From contig CAVRAY010000002.1 of NCBI GenBank assembly GCA_963719225.1, positions 448,001 to 512,000 on the forward strand: DNA of 64,000 nucleotides, read 5' to 3'. Position numbers and translations under genes: made by a program. The stretch is from Thermoanaerobaculia bacterium (GTDB taxonomy: Bacteria > Acidobacteriota > Thermoanaerobaculia > UBA5066). The notes under the pieces are model-generated. The model was not told where the DNA came from. It did not search any database and worked only from the letters and a program-made list of their open reading frames with translations. Below are positions 1-10,820 of this stretch, one piece after another (within the stretch, counting starts at the first letter, position 1; every line of letters begins with the position of its first letter).

Positions 1-902
1 ACGACGGAGACCAGGCCGATGAGGACGGACAAAGAGATGTCGACGGCGCGTTTGACGAGGAGCGCGACGCCCTCGCCCGGTGTCGTCGAGAACGTGAGGA
101 GCGGCGTCCCCTCGAGCTCCTCGAGCTCCACGCGCGCGAGCACGTGGGGGAAGAAGTCGAGGACGAGCCGCGTCTTGACGCCCATCTCCTCGCAGAGAAG
201 GAAGATGTCCTCGAGCTTCGGCAGGTCGCCGCGGTCCACCGCGAGGATGACCTCGTCCACGGTGAGCTCCGTCAGGATCTTCGGAAAGTCCTGGAGGGAG
301 CCGAGAAGCGGCACCCCGTTCGCGGTCGTCGTCTGGCCGTCCTCGGCGGGCTTCTCGCGCACGAGGCCGAGGAGCTTCAGCCCCCACCACGGGTGCTCCC
401 GAATGAGGCGCGCCATCGAGGCGGCCCGCGGCGTGTCGCCCACGAGGACGACGGTGCGGAAATTGAAGCCCAGCGAACGCACGCGACGCGCGACGAGACG
501 GACCGTGACGCGCACGGACACGAGGAAAAGGACGTTCACGACGAAAAAGATCGCGAGGAACGGCCGCGAGATGAAGTCCCAGCGAAGGCCGAAGACGACG
601 AGGGCGAGGAGGAGGCTTCCGAAGAAGGACGTGCGCGTCATGAGCGCGACCTCGTCCTTGAGGCGCAGCGTGCGGTGGCTGCGATACGCCCCTTCGAGGA
701 AGAGGAGGCCCGAAAAGATCAGCACGATGGGCCCCGCGAGGACGAGGTAAAAGTTGAAGTCGTAGAGCGGCGTGAGCCGGCTGAAAAGGTGGGGCAGGAG
801 CTCGCTGCGAACGACATAAGCCACGGGCAGCGTCGCGAGGGTGACGCTCAGGTCGGCCGCGTACAGAAGGGCGGCGATCGTCCGGGCCTGCTGCTTCAGC
901 AT
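1..902 (-). CDS. Polyprenyl-phosphate glycosylphosphotransferase (WcaJ/CpsE-type sugar transferase), 3' end outside window
   Basis: Not in the ORF track. Manual translation from ATG at 902: MLKQQARTIAALLYAADL..., four TM helices, a CoA-binding-like region (VVLVGDTPRA...LLGSLQDF...VDEVILAV) and KRAVDI at the start of the transferase domain. Confidence 0.85.
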   Translation of the reverse strand, partial: MLKQQARTIAALLYAADLSVTLATLPVAYVVRSELLPHLFSRLTPLYDFNFYLVLAGPIVLIFSGLLFLEGAYRSHRTLRLKDEVALMTRTSFFGSLLLALVVFGLRWDFISRPFLAIFFVVNVLFLVSVRVTVRLVARRVRSLGFNFRTVVLVGDTPRAASMARLIREHPWWGLKLLGLVREKPAEDGQTTTANGVPLLGSLQDFPKILTELTVDEVILAVDRGDLPKLEDIFLLCEEMGVKTRLVLDFFPHVLARVELEELEGTPLLTFSTTPGEGVALLVKRAVDISLSVLIGLVSV

Positions 903-958
903 TCGGAGACGGGGGGCCCCGCCTGCCGAATGCTAGCAAGGGCCGGGATTTCCGGGTT

Positions 959-2059
959 TCAGGGAGGCGTCAGGAGGGTCTCGTAGGCGTCGGCCACCGC
1001 CTCCCACCGGTAATCCCGGCGCGCGCGCTCGAGCGCCGCTTTGCCCGAAGACTCGCGAGCCGAGGGATCCGAGAGGAGGGCCGCCAGGGCGGCGGCGAGG
1101 TGGGGAGCGCTTCGCACGTCCACGTAGAGCGCGGCCTTCCCGGCCGCCTCGCGATTCTCCTGGGTGTCGTGGACGACGAGCGGCCGGCCGAAGCCCATCG
1201 CCTCGACGAGCGCCGGGTGCGTACCCCCGACTTCGGTCGCGTGCACGTAGACCGCGGCATGCGCGAGGAGCTCGCGGTAAGACTCCCCGTAGAGCGCCCC
1301 GGGAAGGAGAACCCGCGGGTCCCGCGACGCCTCGGCGCGGACGCGGACGAGAAAGTCGTCCGCGTACGGCGCATGGCCCACCAGGACGAGCTTCGTGTCG
1401 CCCGGCACTTCGCGGAACGCGCGCACGACCGCGTCCGCGTTGTTCTCCGGCTCGAAGCGGGACACGTAGAGCACGTAGCCGCCGCGTTCGAGCCCGAGAC
1501 GCTGGAGCGTCGTGGAAGACACGGGAGGGGGCAGGTCGGAGCCGTACGGAATGAAGACGGACTCTTTTCCGTATTGCTCGCGGTAATAGGCCTGGATGGC
1601 GCGGGCATCCGTCACGACGGCGTCCGGCATCACGCAGGAGAGCCGCTCCGAAAGCGCATGGACGGCCCGGCCGAGCCGGTTCCACTTGCGGCGGTTGCGC
1701 TCTAGCCCGTCCACGTTCAGGACGATCCGCGAAGGAGCCCCGAGGAGGCGGGGCAGCCGGCAGAGGAGGGCATTCGCCCCGTTGCAGACGAGAACGGCGT
1801 CGTACCCTTCCGCCGCGGCGTGGAGCCCCGAGAGCGCCGAGTGGACGACGGTGTCGAAGTATTTCAGGCGGAGCGTCGGAAGATGGACGATCCGCGCCCC
1901 GCGATGGGCCGAGACGAGGGAGCCGACGCCGTGCGGGCGCGCGTAGACCGTCACGTCGTGCCCTCGGTCCGCGAGGCGGGCCGAGAGCTCCTCGGCGAGC
2001 GTCTCGAAGCCGCCGTAGGCGGCGGGAACGCCGCGCGTCCCTATGATGGCGATTCTCAT
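959..2059 (-). CDS. GT4 family glycosyltransferase (DUF1972-like N-terminus)
   Basis: MRIAIIGTRGVPAAYGGFET N-terminus; SRFEPENN and EVGGTHPALVEAM GT-B motifs. Confidence 0.9.
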   Translation of the reverse strand: MRIAIIGTRGVPAAYGGFETLAEELSARLADRGHDVTVYARPHGVGSLVSAHRGARIVHLPTLRLKYFDTVVHSALSGLHAAAEGYDAVLVCNGANALLCRLPRLLGAPSRIVLNVDGLERNRRKWNRLGRAVHALSERLSCVMPDAVVTDARAIQAYYREQYGKESVFIPYGSDLPPPVSSTTLQRLGLERGGYVLYVSRFEPENNADAVVRAFREVPGDTKLVLVGHAPYADDFLVRVRAEASRDPRVLLPGALYGESYRELLAHAAVYVHATEVGGTHPALVEAMGFGRPLVVHDTQENREAAGKAALYVDVRSAPHLAAALAALLSDPSARESSGKAALERARRDYRWEAVADAYETLLTPP

Positions 2060-3090
2060 GCGCGGCGCGCCTTCTCCTCTTCGGACGTGAACCAGGGAAG
2101 GAGGTCGCGGTCGGTCACGGTGCGCGCGGCGCGGATTGCGGCTCGCTTGGCGAGAAGGCGCGCGCGGTTCTCCGCGAGCCAGCGGAGCGCCGGCAAAGAG
2201 CTCCGTTCCACCGTGAGGCAGGCGGCGACGACGACGAGGTCGCGGACGAACGTGCCCGTGAACGTCGCCAGGAGGTGCGATTTGCCGGCGTTGTTGATCC
2301 TGAGGAGGAAGCGGTTCTTGACGGAATGCAGGTTCGCGGACGGAGACATCTCGCGCCGCCGCTCGGGCAGGTTGCGCCGGCGGTGCCAGGCGAGGGCGGC
2401 GGGGACGCAGCGCGCGGTCCAGCCGCGGCCGCGCAGCCGCCAGGCGAGGTCCACGTCCTCGCGGTAGAGGAAGAAGTCGTCGTCGAAAAAGCCGGTGGCG
2501 ATCTTCACGTCGGCCAGCGCGGCCGTCCGATAGAGCGCGACGCAGCCCGAGACGCCGAAAACCTCCGCCGGCCGGTCGTAGCGGCCGTCGTCCGGGAAGC
2601 CCGCGCCGATGTCGAAGTGCCGGCCGTTCTTCGCCATGCGGATCCCGACCGTGTCGAGCACGGTCGTGGGAAGGAGGTCCGCTCCTTCGGCCCTCAGGAT
2701 CTTCCCGGTGAAGGACCCGGCCCGCGCGCTTTCCGGCCGTTCGGCTTCTGCGAGGAGGCGCTCGAGAAAATCGGGCGCGAGGACCACGTCGGAGTTGAGG
2801 ACGAGGACCCAGGGGCTGCCCTCCTCCACGGCCCTGCCGATCGCGAGGTTATGACCGCCCGTGTAACCGAGGTTCTCGCGCGAGGCGACGACCCGGAGGG
2901 GGACGGGCGTCACCTTTTCGAAGGCGGCGAACGTGGAGCGCGTTCCGTCCTCGGACGCGTTGTCCACGGCCACGATGGAGAAATCGCGGAACGTCTGCGC
3001 GAAGAGAGAAGGCATGAGGCGCTCGACGTCGCGCGACTCGTTGTGCGTCACGATCGAGACGAGAACGCGCCGCGCGTCGAGGGCCGTCAC
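2056..3090 (-). CDS. GT2 family glycosyltransferase
   Basis: C-terminal part of ORF 2056..4137. GTG at 3090 overlaps the upstream TGA (GTGA). Motifs VDNASED, NLGYTGGHN, LNSD and YREDVDL. Confidence 0.88.
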   Translation of the reverse strand: MTALDARRVLVSIVTHNESRDVERLMPSLFAQTFRDFSIVAVDNASEDGTRSTFAAFEKVTPVPLRVVASRENLGYTGGHNLAIGRAVEEGSPWVLVLNSDVVLAPDFLERLLAEAERPESARAGSFTGKILRAEGADLLPTTVLDTVGIRMAKNGRHFDIGAGFPDDGRYDRPAEVFGVSGCVALYRTAALADVKIATGFFDDDFFLYREDVDLAWRLRGRGWTARCVPAALAWHRRRNLPERRREMSPSANLHSVKNRFLLRINNAGKSHLLATFTGTFVRDLVVVAACLTVERSSLPALRWLAENRARLLAKRAAIRAARTVTDRDLLPWFTSEEEKARRA

Positions 3091-4037
3091 GAGGACCGCC
3101 CGCCTTCGATCAGGCTCGAGCGCCAGCCGAAGCCGAGGAGACCGCGAACGACGCGCACGTGAGCTCCCGCCGCGTCCTTGCGCGGGTGGTCGGGCCTCAC
3201 GAACGGAAGGAGCACGAGTCTGAGGACCGCGCCCGCCATCGTCGCGACACGCGCGGCCGCGCGGGCCGGCGGTGACGCATGGCGCGCCAGGTAACGGAAC
3301 ATGTTCCGGACGTAGACGGGGCGGAAGTCGCGATAGAAGAGCGCCTGCATCGTCACGCCGCCCACGTGGGTGGCGCGGCCCTCCGGAACGTACCGGATCC
3401 TCCAGCCCGCTTCCAGGAGGCGCGCGCAGAGATCCACGTCCTCGAACCACGCGGGCGCGAAGGCGGGATCGAACCCTTCGATCGCCTCGAAGGCCGTGCG
3501 CCTCACGAGAAAGGCGGCGGCCGCGGGCTGCTCGACGTCGAAGGCCGTGCGGCGATCCTCGTCGAGATAGCGGTCCCGGCGAAAGCCCGCGTTCTGAGGA
3601 AAGAGACGGTCGACGAGGAGGGCCTCCCGAACGACAGCCCGGAGCGACGGGAGGCGGCGGAGCTGAAAACGGTCCTGTCCGTCGCCCTCGAGCCGCGGCG
3701 ACACGGCCGCGACGGCGGGGTCCGCGTCCAGCGCGGCGAGAAGCGCGGCGAGCGTCCGCACGCCGTCCACGAGGGCCGCGTCGGGGTTCAGGAAGAGGAT
3801 CGTCTCCGACGGACCGCCTTCGCGGGCGGCGCGGTTGCACGCGGGACCGAAGCCGAGGTTCGCGCCGGCTTCGATCACGCGGGCGCCCGCCTTTCGGGCG
3901 ACATCGGCCGAGCCGTCCGACGAGGCGTTGTCCACGACGAGAACGGGCACGCCCTCGGGCACGGAGGCGATCGCGTCGCGCAGGTGGGCGGCGGAGTTCC
4001 AGGACACGATGGCGACGAGAACGCGCGGGACGGTCAA
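3087..4037 (-). CDS. GT2 family glycosyltransferase (rhamnosyltransferase-like)
   Basis: VVDNASSDGS, NLGFGPACN, FLNPD and WFEDVDLC motifs. TTG start lies 8 nt after a TATCAT -10 box. Confidence 0.88.
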   Translation of the reverse strand: MTVPRVLVAIVSWNSAAHLRDAIASVPEGVPVLVVDNASSDGSADVARKAGARVIEAGANLGFGPACNRAAREGGPSETILFLNPDAALVDGVRTLAALLAALDADPAVAAVSPRLEGDGQDRFQLRRLPSLRAVVREALLVDRLFPQNAGFRRDRYLDEDRRTAFDVEQPAAAAFLVRRTAFEAIEGFDPAFAPAWFEDVDLCARLLEAGWRIRYVPEGRATHVGGVTMQALFYRDFRPVYVRNMFRYLARHASPPARAAARVATMAGAVLRLVLLPFVRPDHPRKDAAGAHVRVVRGLLGFGWRSSLIEGGRSS

Positions 4038-4052
4038 GCGGAACGATGATAG

Positions 4053-4154
4053 AGCGGCGCTTGCGGGGCGGCATGCCCTGTTCCTTCGCGCGTGAACTCG
4101 CTTCGCTCAGACAGCACGCGCGTGCGTCGCAGGGCATGCCACCCCCGCGCCGCT
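4053..4154. repeat. ~100-bp imperfect palindrome (REP/MITE-like) between divergent genes
   Basis: Nested arms GGCATGCCCTG/CAGGGCATGCC and CGCGCGTG/CACGCGCG, outer AGCGGC/GCCGCT, and a central loop AACTCGCTTCGCTCAGACAG. Confidence 0.7.
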
Positions 4155-4157
4155 TAG

Positions 4158-5453
<1,296 letters not shown>

Positions 5454-5480
5454 AGCTGACCGGATCGGGATCCCAGTGAA

Positions 5481-6041
5481 TCAGCGAGGGGTGGCGCGGA
5501 TCTCGGTCAGAAGATCGCCCACGCCGCGCTCTGCCGCGAGGCGTTCGAGAGTTGTGAAATCCAGCTTCTCGCCCTGTGCCGCGAGGAGCGCGCGGACGTC
5601 GCGCACATGCTTCGAGGAGCCGCCTTCCTGGAAGAAGAGGAGTTTTCTGAGAATGACGTATTCGGGCGGTGCGACCCAGATCTCGCGCCCGCCGACCTCG
5701 AAGCGGCGGCGAAGGCCGAGAGCCCATTGATGCAACGGATCCTCGCCCGCGAAGTACACGTCAGCCTTGAGCGCCGACGGCGTGTGCAGAATATTCACGT
5801 GCCCGTGCAGGGGCCTTGCGATCTCGACGGCGAGGACGTCGACGGGTGGGCAGTAGTAGTCCGGTTGCCGAAAGGCGCCCCGAAGATCTTCAGGCGCGTT
5901 CACGCGCGCCACCACGTCGACGTCCGCCGTGAAACGTGGCTCGGCGTAGAGCATGCTCGCGACCGAGCCGGTGACCATGTAGAGGCCCCCCGCCCGATTC
6001 AGCGGCAGGACGAAAAGGTCGATTAGATCCGGATCAGGCAC
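5481..6041 (-). CDS. Nucleotidyltransferase, MenT/AbiEii-like toxin candidate
   Basis: YMVTGSVA...EPRFTADVDVV Pol-beta NTase motif (compare EPRFTRDVDIV recalled for M. tuberculosis MenT1), plus VILRKL and KHVRDV C-terminal motifs. Confidence 0.75.
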   Translation of the reverse strand: MPDPDLIDLFVLPLNRAGGLYMVTGSVASMLYAEPRFTADVDVVARVNAPEDLRGAFRQPDYYCPPVDVLAVEIARPLHGHVNILHTPSALKADVYFAGEDPLHQWALGLRRRFEVGGREIWVAPPEYVILRKLLFFQEGGSSKHVRDVRALLAAQGEKLDFTTLERLAAERGVGDLLTEIRATPR

Positions 6042-6261
6042 GCAGGAACTGCCGGCGCACTTCTTCGAGGACGCGCTCCTCGCTCCAGTCGGGATGCTCG
6101 GCTCGCACGCCGGCGCGTTTGACCTCTCGGGCCGTTCGATAGAGGGACTGCGCGACCGCCCACCTTTCGTCGGGCGTCATCGCCGCGAACCTCCGGATCT
6201 GCTCGGGGTCCGGAGCGTCGTCGGGTAGCCGGTGAGTCCGCTTGACCTCGCTCGAAGCCAC
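6034..6261 (-). CDS. Small helical protein, MenA1-like antitoxin candidate
   Basis: 75 aa ([37 protein letters not shown]); overlaps the NTase start by 8 nt; TAGACT -10 box 6 nt upstream of the GTG. Confidence 0.65.
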   Translation of the reverse strand: MASSEVKRTHRLPDDAPDPEQIRRFAAMTPDERWAVAQSLYRTAREVKRAGVRAEHPDWSEERVLEEVRRQFLRA

Positions 6262-6296
6262 GCCCCGAGTCTATCCCCGAGGCCCTCGACGGTACT

Positions 6297-6384
6297 TGGC
6301 GGAGGAGGAGGGATTCGAACCCCCGGTACCTTGCGGTACAACGGTTTTCAAGACCGCCGCCTTAAGCCACTCGGCCACTCCTCC
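6297..6384 (-). tRNA. tRNA-Ser(TGA)
   Basis: Reverse complement GGAGGAG...GCGGT-CT-TGA-AA-ACCGT, long variable arm, GGTTCGAATCC T-loop, ends CTCCTCC-G-CCA. Confidence 0.97.
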
Positions 6385-6455
6385 GCGCGGATCGCCGATT
6401 CTCCATCGGCGATTATCCACTCTCCCTGCTAGACTTCGCGGCCCGGCGCTCACGG

Positions 6456-6549
6456 GGACAGGTGGGTGAGTGGCTTAAACCAGCGGTTTGCTAAACCGCC
6501 GTAGGGCTTTAAAACCTTACCGGGGGTTCGAATCCCCCCCTGTCCGCCA
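6456..6549 (+). tRNA. tRNA-Ser(GCT)
   Basis: GGACAGG...GCGGT-TT-GCT-AA-ACCGC, long variable arm, GGTTCGAATCC, ends CCTGTCC-G-CCA. TAGACT -10 box upstream (6430-6435). Confidence 0.97.
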
Positions 6550-6567
6550 GCTCGCCGTCCCGGCGGC

Positions 6568-6595
6568 GGAAACTTTCGTCCCTCGAATCGCGTAA
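6568..6595 (+). promoter_or_regulatory. Putative ECF sigma promoter (GGAAAC-N17-CGTAA)
   Basis: Matches the AAC...CGT ECF consensus and lies ~45 bp upstream of the exporter operon. Confidence 0.5.
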
Positions 6596-6638
6596 CAGGT
6601 GGAGGCGTCAAGGCGTTGCTGGAGAAGGGAGTCGTTCG

Positions 6639-7919
6639 ATGACCACGCGGATCAAGGTTTTGATCGGAGCGGGGGCGGTTCTCGTCCTCGGCTTCGTCGC
6701 CTACGCCTCGGTGAAGAGCCGGGACAAGAACCTCGTGCGCGTCACGACGGCGAAAGTCGCGAAGGCCCCGCTCGTCGCCACGGTGAGCTGCAACGGCCGC
6801 GTGCGCGCCAAGACGAAGGTCGACATCTCGTCGCAGGTCATGGGGCAGATCGTGACGCTCGCCGTGGTCGAAGGAGAGCACGTCAAGAAGGGCGACCTCC
6901 TCCTCCAGATCGACAAGGTGCAGTACGACGCCGGCGCTCAGGCGACCCAGGCGGGCCTCGAGGCCCTCTTCGCGCAGCGGGAGGCGGACAAGTTCGCGCG
7001 CGAGCAGGCCGAGCGCGACCTCGCCCGCACGAAGAAGAATTTCGCCGCGAAGATCGAGTCCGAGCAGAACCTCCAGAAGGCCCAGCTCGCGCTCGACTCG
7101 GCCCGCGCGAACGAGCGGGCTGACGAGCGCCGCATCGAGCAGGCGCGTGCGAACCTCCTCGCGAACAAGGACAGCCTCCGGAAGACGACGATCATCTCCC
7201 CCATCGACGGCGTCGTCACCGCGAAGCCCGTCGAGCAGGGCGAGAACGCGATCGTGGGCACGATGAACAACCCGGGGACGGTGCTCCTGACCGTGTCGGA
7301 CATGTCCGTCGTCGAGGGCGAGATGGAGATCGACGAGACCGACATCCCGCACGTGAAGGTCGGGCAGAAGGCGAAGCTGACGTTCGACGCATATCCCGAC
7401 AGGAAATTCGACGGCGTCGTGACCGAGATCGGCGGGAGCCCGATCACGAAGTCCGCGCTCGGCACGGACTCGTCCGCCGTGAACTTCAAGGTGAAGGTGC
7501 AGGTCGAGAAGCCGCCCGAGAACATCCGGCCCGGCTTCTCGGTCTCCGGGAAGATCGAGACCGACCGGCGCGCCGCCGCGCTCGCGATTCCCATCCCCGC
7601 CCTCGTCGTGGCGGACCCGGCGTCGCTCGAGCGCCCGAAGGGCAAGAAGCCGAAGCCCGTCCCGACGCCGACGTCGGCCGCGGCCGAGAAGAAGAAGGAC
7701 GTGGAAGGCGTCTTCATCGTGAAGAAGGACGGCGCCGTCGATTTCCGGCCGGTCAAGACAGGGATCAACGCCGACCTCCAGACCGAGGTGCTCGAAGGGC
7801 TCGCGGACGGCGAGGAGATCGTCACGGGGCCGTTCAAGGCGCTGCGCTCCCTGAAGATCGGGGACCGCGTCAAGGTCGACAACTCGGCGGCGGGTCCAGA
7901 AGCCGCGAAGAAGTCCTGA
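6639..7919 (+). CDS. MacA/HlyD-family periplasmic adaptor subunit
   Basis: N-terminal TM anchor, VKKGDLLLQID, coiled coil, SPIDGVV, DETDIPHVKVGQKA and IRPGFS motifs. Confidence 0.92.
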   Translation: MTTRIKVLIGAGAVLVLGFVAYASVKSRDKNLVRVTTAKVAKAPLVATVSCNGRVRAKTKVDISSQVMGQIVTLAVVEGEHVKKGDLLLQIDKVQYDAGAQATQAGLEALFAQREADKFAREQAERDLARTKKNFAAKIESEQNLQKAQLALDSARANERADERRIEQARANLLANKDSLRKTTIISPIDGVVTAKPVEQGENAIVGTMNNPGTVLLTVSDMSVVEGEMEIDETDIPHVKVGQKAKLTFDAYPDRKFDGVVTEIGGSPITKSALGTDSSAVNFKVKVQVEKPPENIRPGFSVSGKIETDRRAAALAIPIPALVVADPASLERPKGKKPKPVPTPTSAAAEKKKDVEGVFIVKKDGAVDFRPVKTGINADLQTEVLEGLADGEEIVTGPFKALRSLKIGDRVKVDNSAAGPEAAKKS

Positions 7920-7935
7920 GGACGAAGGGTCGGGC

Positions 7936-9156
7936 ATGCTGATCGGGGAGCTCCTGCGCGTTGCCTGGAAGGCGGTGACGGCGCACAAGCTCCGCTCGTT
8001 CCTCACGCTCCTCGGCGTCATCATCGGCGTCATGACGGTCGTCGCCGTCGTGGCCGTCATCTCGGGCCTCAACAACTACGTCGCGACGAAGATCTTCTCC
8101 CTGAACCCCGATGTCTACGTGGTCACCCGATGGGGAATCATCACGTCGCACGAGGGTTTCCTCGAAGCTCTCAAGAGGAAGCCCGTCAAGAAGCCCGACT
8201 ACGAGCAGGTCGTGCGGCTCGCGCGCCTCGCGGAGAAGATCGGCGCCCAGTCGGGAACTCTTCAGCTCGTCAAGTCGGCGAACCACCGCCTTTCGGATGT
8301 CTCGATCCAGGGCACGACGTCGAACATGAGCGAGATCCGGAATCTCGACCTGGAGTCGGGGCGCTTCTTCACCGAGATGGAGAACGAGCACCGGGCTTAC
8401 GTCGCCGTCATCGGCTCGGACGTGAGAGAGGAGCTCTTTCCGCGCGTGGACCCGATCGGCCGGACGGTCACGATCGGCGGGACGCCGTTCGAGATCATCG
8501 GTCTCCTCGCCAAGCAGGGCTCCGTCCTCGGCCAGAGTCAGGACAACGTCGCGTACATCCCACGCGAGACCCTCTGCAAGGTCTGGGGCTCGAACCGCCA
8601 GCTCGGCATGTACATCCAGGCGAAAGGCGGCGTGGCCGGCGTGCCGGCGTCGATGGACGAGATCCGGAGTATTTTCCGGGCGATCCGCCACACGGAGCCG
8701 AGCGCGCCGGATCCCGTCGTCTTCGTGAACGCGGACGCGGTTCAGGTCGTGTGGAAGGCGATCACGGCGGCCGCTTTCGCCCTCCTCGTCTTCATCAGCG
8801 GGATCTCTCTCGTCGTCGGCGCGATCGTGATCGCGAACATCATGCTCGTGTCCGTCATCGAAAGGACGAAGGAGATCGGCCTGCGCCTCGCGGTGGGAGC
8901 CCGCAGGAGGGACGTCCTCTTCCAGTTTCTCCTCGAGGCCGGCCTCCTCGCGCTCGGCGGCGGGTGCCTCGGCGTGTTCTTCGGCTGGGTCATCGCGCTC
9001 GCGGTGGACGCGTTCTCGCCGCTCCCGACGCTCGTGACGCCGGGCCTCGTCGTGTCGGGCCTCGTTCTCGCGACCCTGACCGGCATCATCGCGGGCGTCT
9101 TCCCGGCCATCAAAGCCAGCCGTCTCACGCCGATCGAAGCGCTCCGCTATGAGTAG
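7936..9156 (+). CDS. MacB/FtsX-family ABC permease
   Basis: HKLRSFLTLLGVIIGV, NIMLVSVIERTKEIGLRLAVGA and PIEALRYE. Confidence 0.93.
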   Translation: MLIGELLRVAWKAVTAHKLRSFLTLLGVIIGVMTVVAVVAVISGLNNYVATKIFSLNPDVYVVTRWGIITSHEGFLEALKRKPVKKPDYEQVVRLARLAEKIGAQSGTLQLVKSANHRLSDVSIQGTTSNMSEIRNLDLESGRFFTEMENEHRAYVAVIGSDVREELFPRVDPIGRTVTIGGTPFEIIGLLAKQGSVLGQSQDNVAYIPRETLCKVWGSNRQLGMYIQAKGGVAGVPASMDEIRSIFRAIRHTEPSAPDPVVFVNADAVQVVWKAITAAAFALLVFISGISLVVGAIVIANIMLVSVIERTKEIGLRLAVGARRRDVLFQFLLEAGLLALGGGCLGVFFGWVIALAVDAFSPLPTLVTPGLVVSGLVLATLTGIIAGVFPAIKASRLTPIEALRYE

Positions 9157-9159
9157 GCG

Positions 9160-10431
9160 ATGACGAACGCCCTCGAGACGTTCCGCCGGGTGATATCCGA
9201 GAACCTGCGGTTCGCGCTCACGGCTCTCCGCGCACACAAGCTGCGCGCCTTTCTCACGATGGTCGGAATCGTCATCGGCGTCTGGACCGTGATCGGGATG
9301 GTCGCCCTCGTGACGGGATTCGACCGCTCGCAGACCGAAGCGTTCTCGTCCTTCGGCACGACCCTCGTGCAGTTCCAGAAATTCGAGCCGCGCTTCGGGC
9401 CGGGCCGGCGCTCGGAGGAGGAGAGGAAGCGCAAGGACCTCACGATCGAGGACGCCGACGCGCTCCAGGAGCTCTGCCCCTCCATCCTCGCCGTCTCGCC
9501 GGAGCGCTATTTGTGGGCCGCCTCGCAGGTGAAGGGAAACGGCAACGAGGCGAACTCGCCGACGATCACGGGCGGCAATCAGAACTACGCGATCTGCAAC
9601 AACTGGTCGATCCGGGACGGCCGCAACATCTCCGACATGGACGTCCTCCACGCGACGGACACGTGCGTCGTCGGACAGGACGTCTCGGAGGCCCTCTTCA
9701 AGGGCCGGGACCCCCTCGGGCAGTCCATCTCGGTCAACGGCAAGCGTCTCCAGGTCATCGGCACGTTCGAGAAGAAGGGCTCCTCGGGCTTCGGCGGCCA
9801 GCCCGACAACATCGTCCTGATGCCGATCTCGACGTTCGACCGGCATTTTCCGCAGACGAAGAACTCGCACGACGACACGATTCACATCGCGACGATCCCC
9901 CGATCGCCGGAGCTCGTCGATCGCGTGATCGAGGAAGGCACGAGCGTCCTCAGGACGCGGCGCAAGGTTCCGTTCAACGCGCCGAACGACTTCGCGATCT
10001 TCACCGCCGAGAAGATGCTCGCGCAGATGCAGGCCGTCACGAACGCGATCTCGGGCGTCATGGTGCTCATCGCGGCGATCGCGCTCGTGGTGGGGGGCGT
10101 GGGCGTGATGAACATCATGCTCGTCTCGGTGACGGAGCGGACGAGGGAGATCGGCCTCCGCAAGGCGCTCGGCGCGCTCAGGCGCGACATCTCGCTCCAG
10201 TTCCTGACCGAGGCGATGACGCTGACCGCCCTCGGGGGCGTCATCGGCGTCGGCCTCGGGCTCCTGACGGCGCTCGTCGTGCGCCTCGTCTCGAGCCTCC
10301 GCACGGAGACGCCGCTGTGGAGCATCCTCCTCGGCCTCGGCGTATCGGTGTCGATCGGCCTCGTCTCCGGGATGTACCCGGCCTTGAAGGCCGCGCGTCT
10401 GGACCCGATCGACGCCCTGCGGTACGAATAA
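9160..10431 (+). CDS. MacB/FtsX-family ABC permease
   Basis: HKLRAFLTMVGIVIGV, GGVGVMNIMLVSVTERTREIGLRKALGA and DPIDALRYE. Confidence 0.93.
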   Translation: MTNALETFRRVISENLRFALTALRAHKLRAFLTMVGIVIGVWTVIGMVALVTGFDRSQTEAFSSFGTTLVQFQKFEPRFGPGRRSEEERKRKDLTIEDADALQELCPSILAVSPERYLWAASQVKGNGNEANSPTITGGNQNYAICNNWSIRDGRNISDMDVLHATDTCVVGQDVSEALFKGRDPLGQSISVNGKRLQVIGTFEKKGSSGFGGQPDNIVLMPISTFDRHFPQTKNSHDDTIHIATIPRSPELVDRVIEEGTSVLRTRRKVPFNAPNDFAIFTAEKMLAQMQAVTNAISGVMVLIAAIALVVGGVGVMNIMLVSVTERTREIGLRKALGALRRDISLQFLTEAMTLTALGGVIGVGLGLLTALVVRLVSSLRTETPLWSILLGLGVSVSIGLVSGMYPALKAARLDPIDALRYE

Positions 10432-10453
10432 GAACTCCGTTACCATTCCCGGC

Positions 10454-10810
10454 GTGGCGGCCGTCCCGAAGAACGTTCAGGTCCTCGGCGACGAGCTCGC
10501 GATCGCCTGGAACGACGGGAAAGAGTCGTATCTCAAGCTCACCGACCTTCGCCGCCTCTGCCCCTGCGCGGAGTGCCAGGGTGAGCGCGACCTGCTGGGA
10601 CGGCTCATGAAGCCGCCTCCGCGCCCGCTGACCGCCGAGTCGTACCAGGCGCGCGGCACGACCCCCGTGGGCGGGTATGCGCTTCAGATCTTCTGGGCGG
10701 ACGGCCACGCCGACGGCCTCTACACGTACCAGAAGCTGCGCGAGTGGGGCGAGAATCCGCCCGAGCTTCCGCCGCTCGCGACCGCGTTCCCGCTGCTGCC
10801 CGTGCGCTGA
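10454..10810 (+). CDS. DUF971 / GBBH-like N-terminal domain protein
   Basis: LRRLCPCAEC, VGGYALQIFWADGHADGLY signature. Confidence 0.88.
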   Translation: MAAVPKNVQVLGDELAIAWNDGKESYLKLTDLRRLCPCAECQGERDLLGRLMKPPPRPLTAESYQARGTTPVGGYALQIFWADGHADGLYTYQKLREWGENPPELPPLATAFPLLPVR

Positions 10811-10820
10811 GCCGCGTCCG

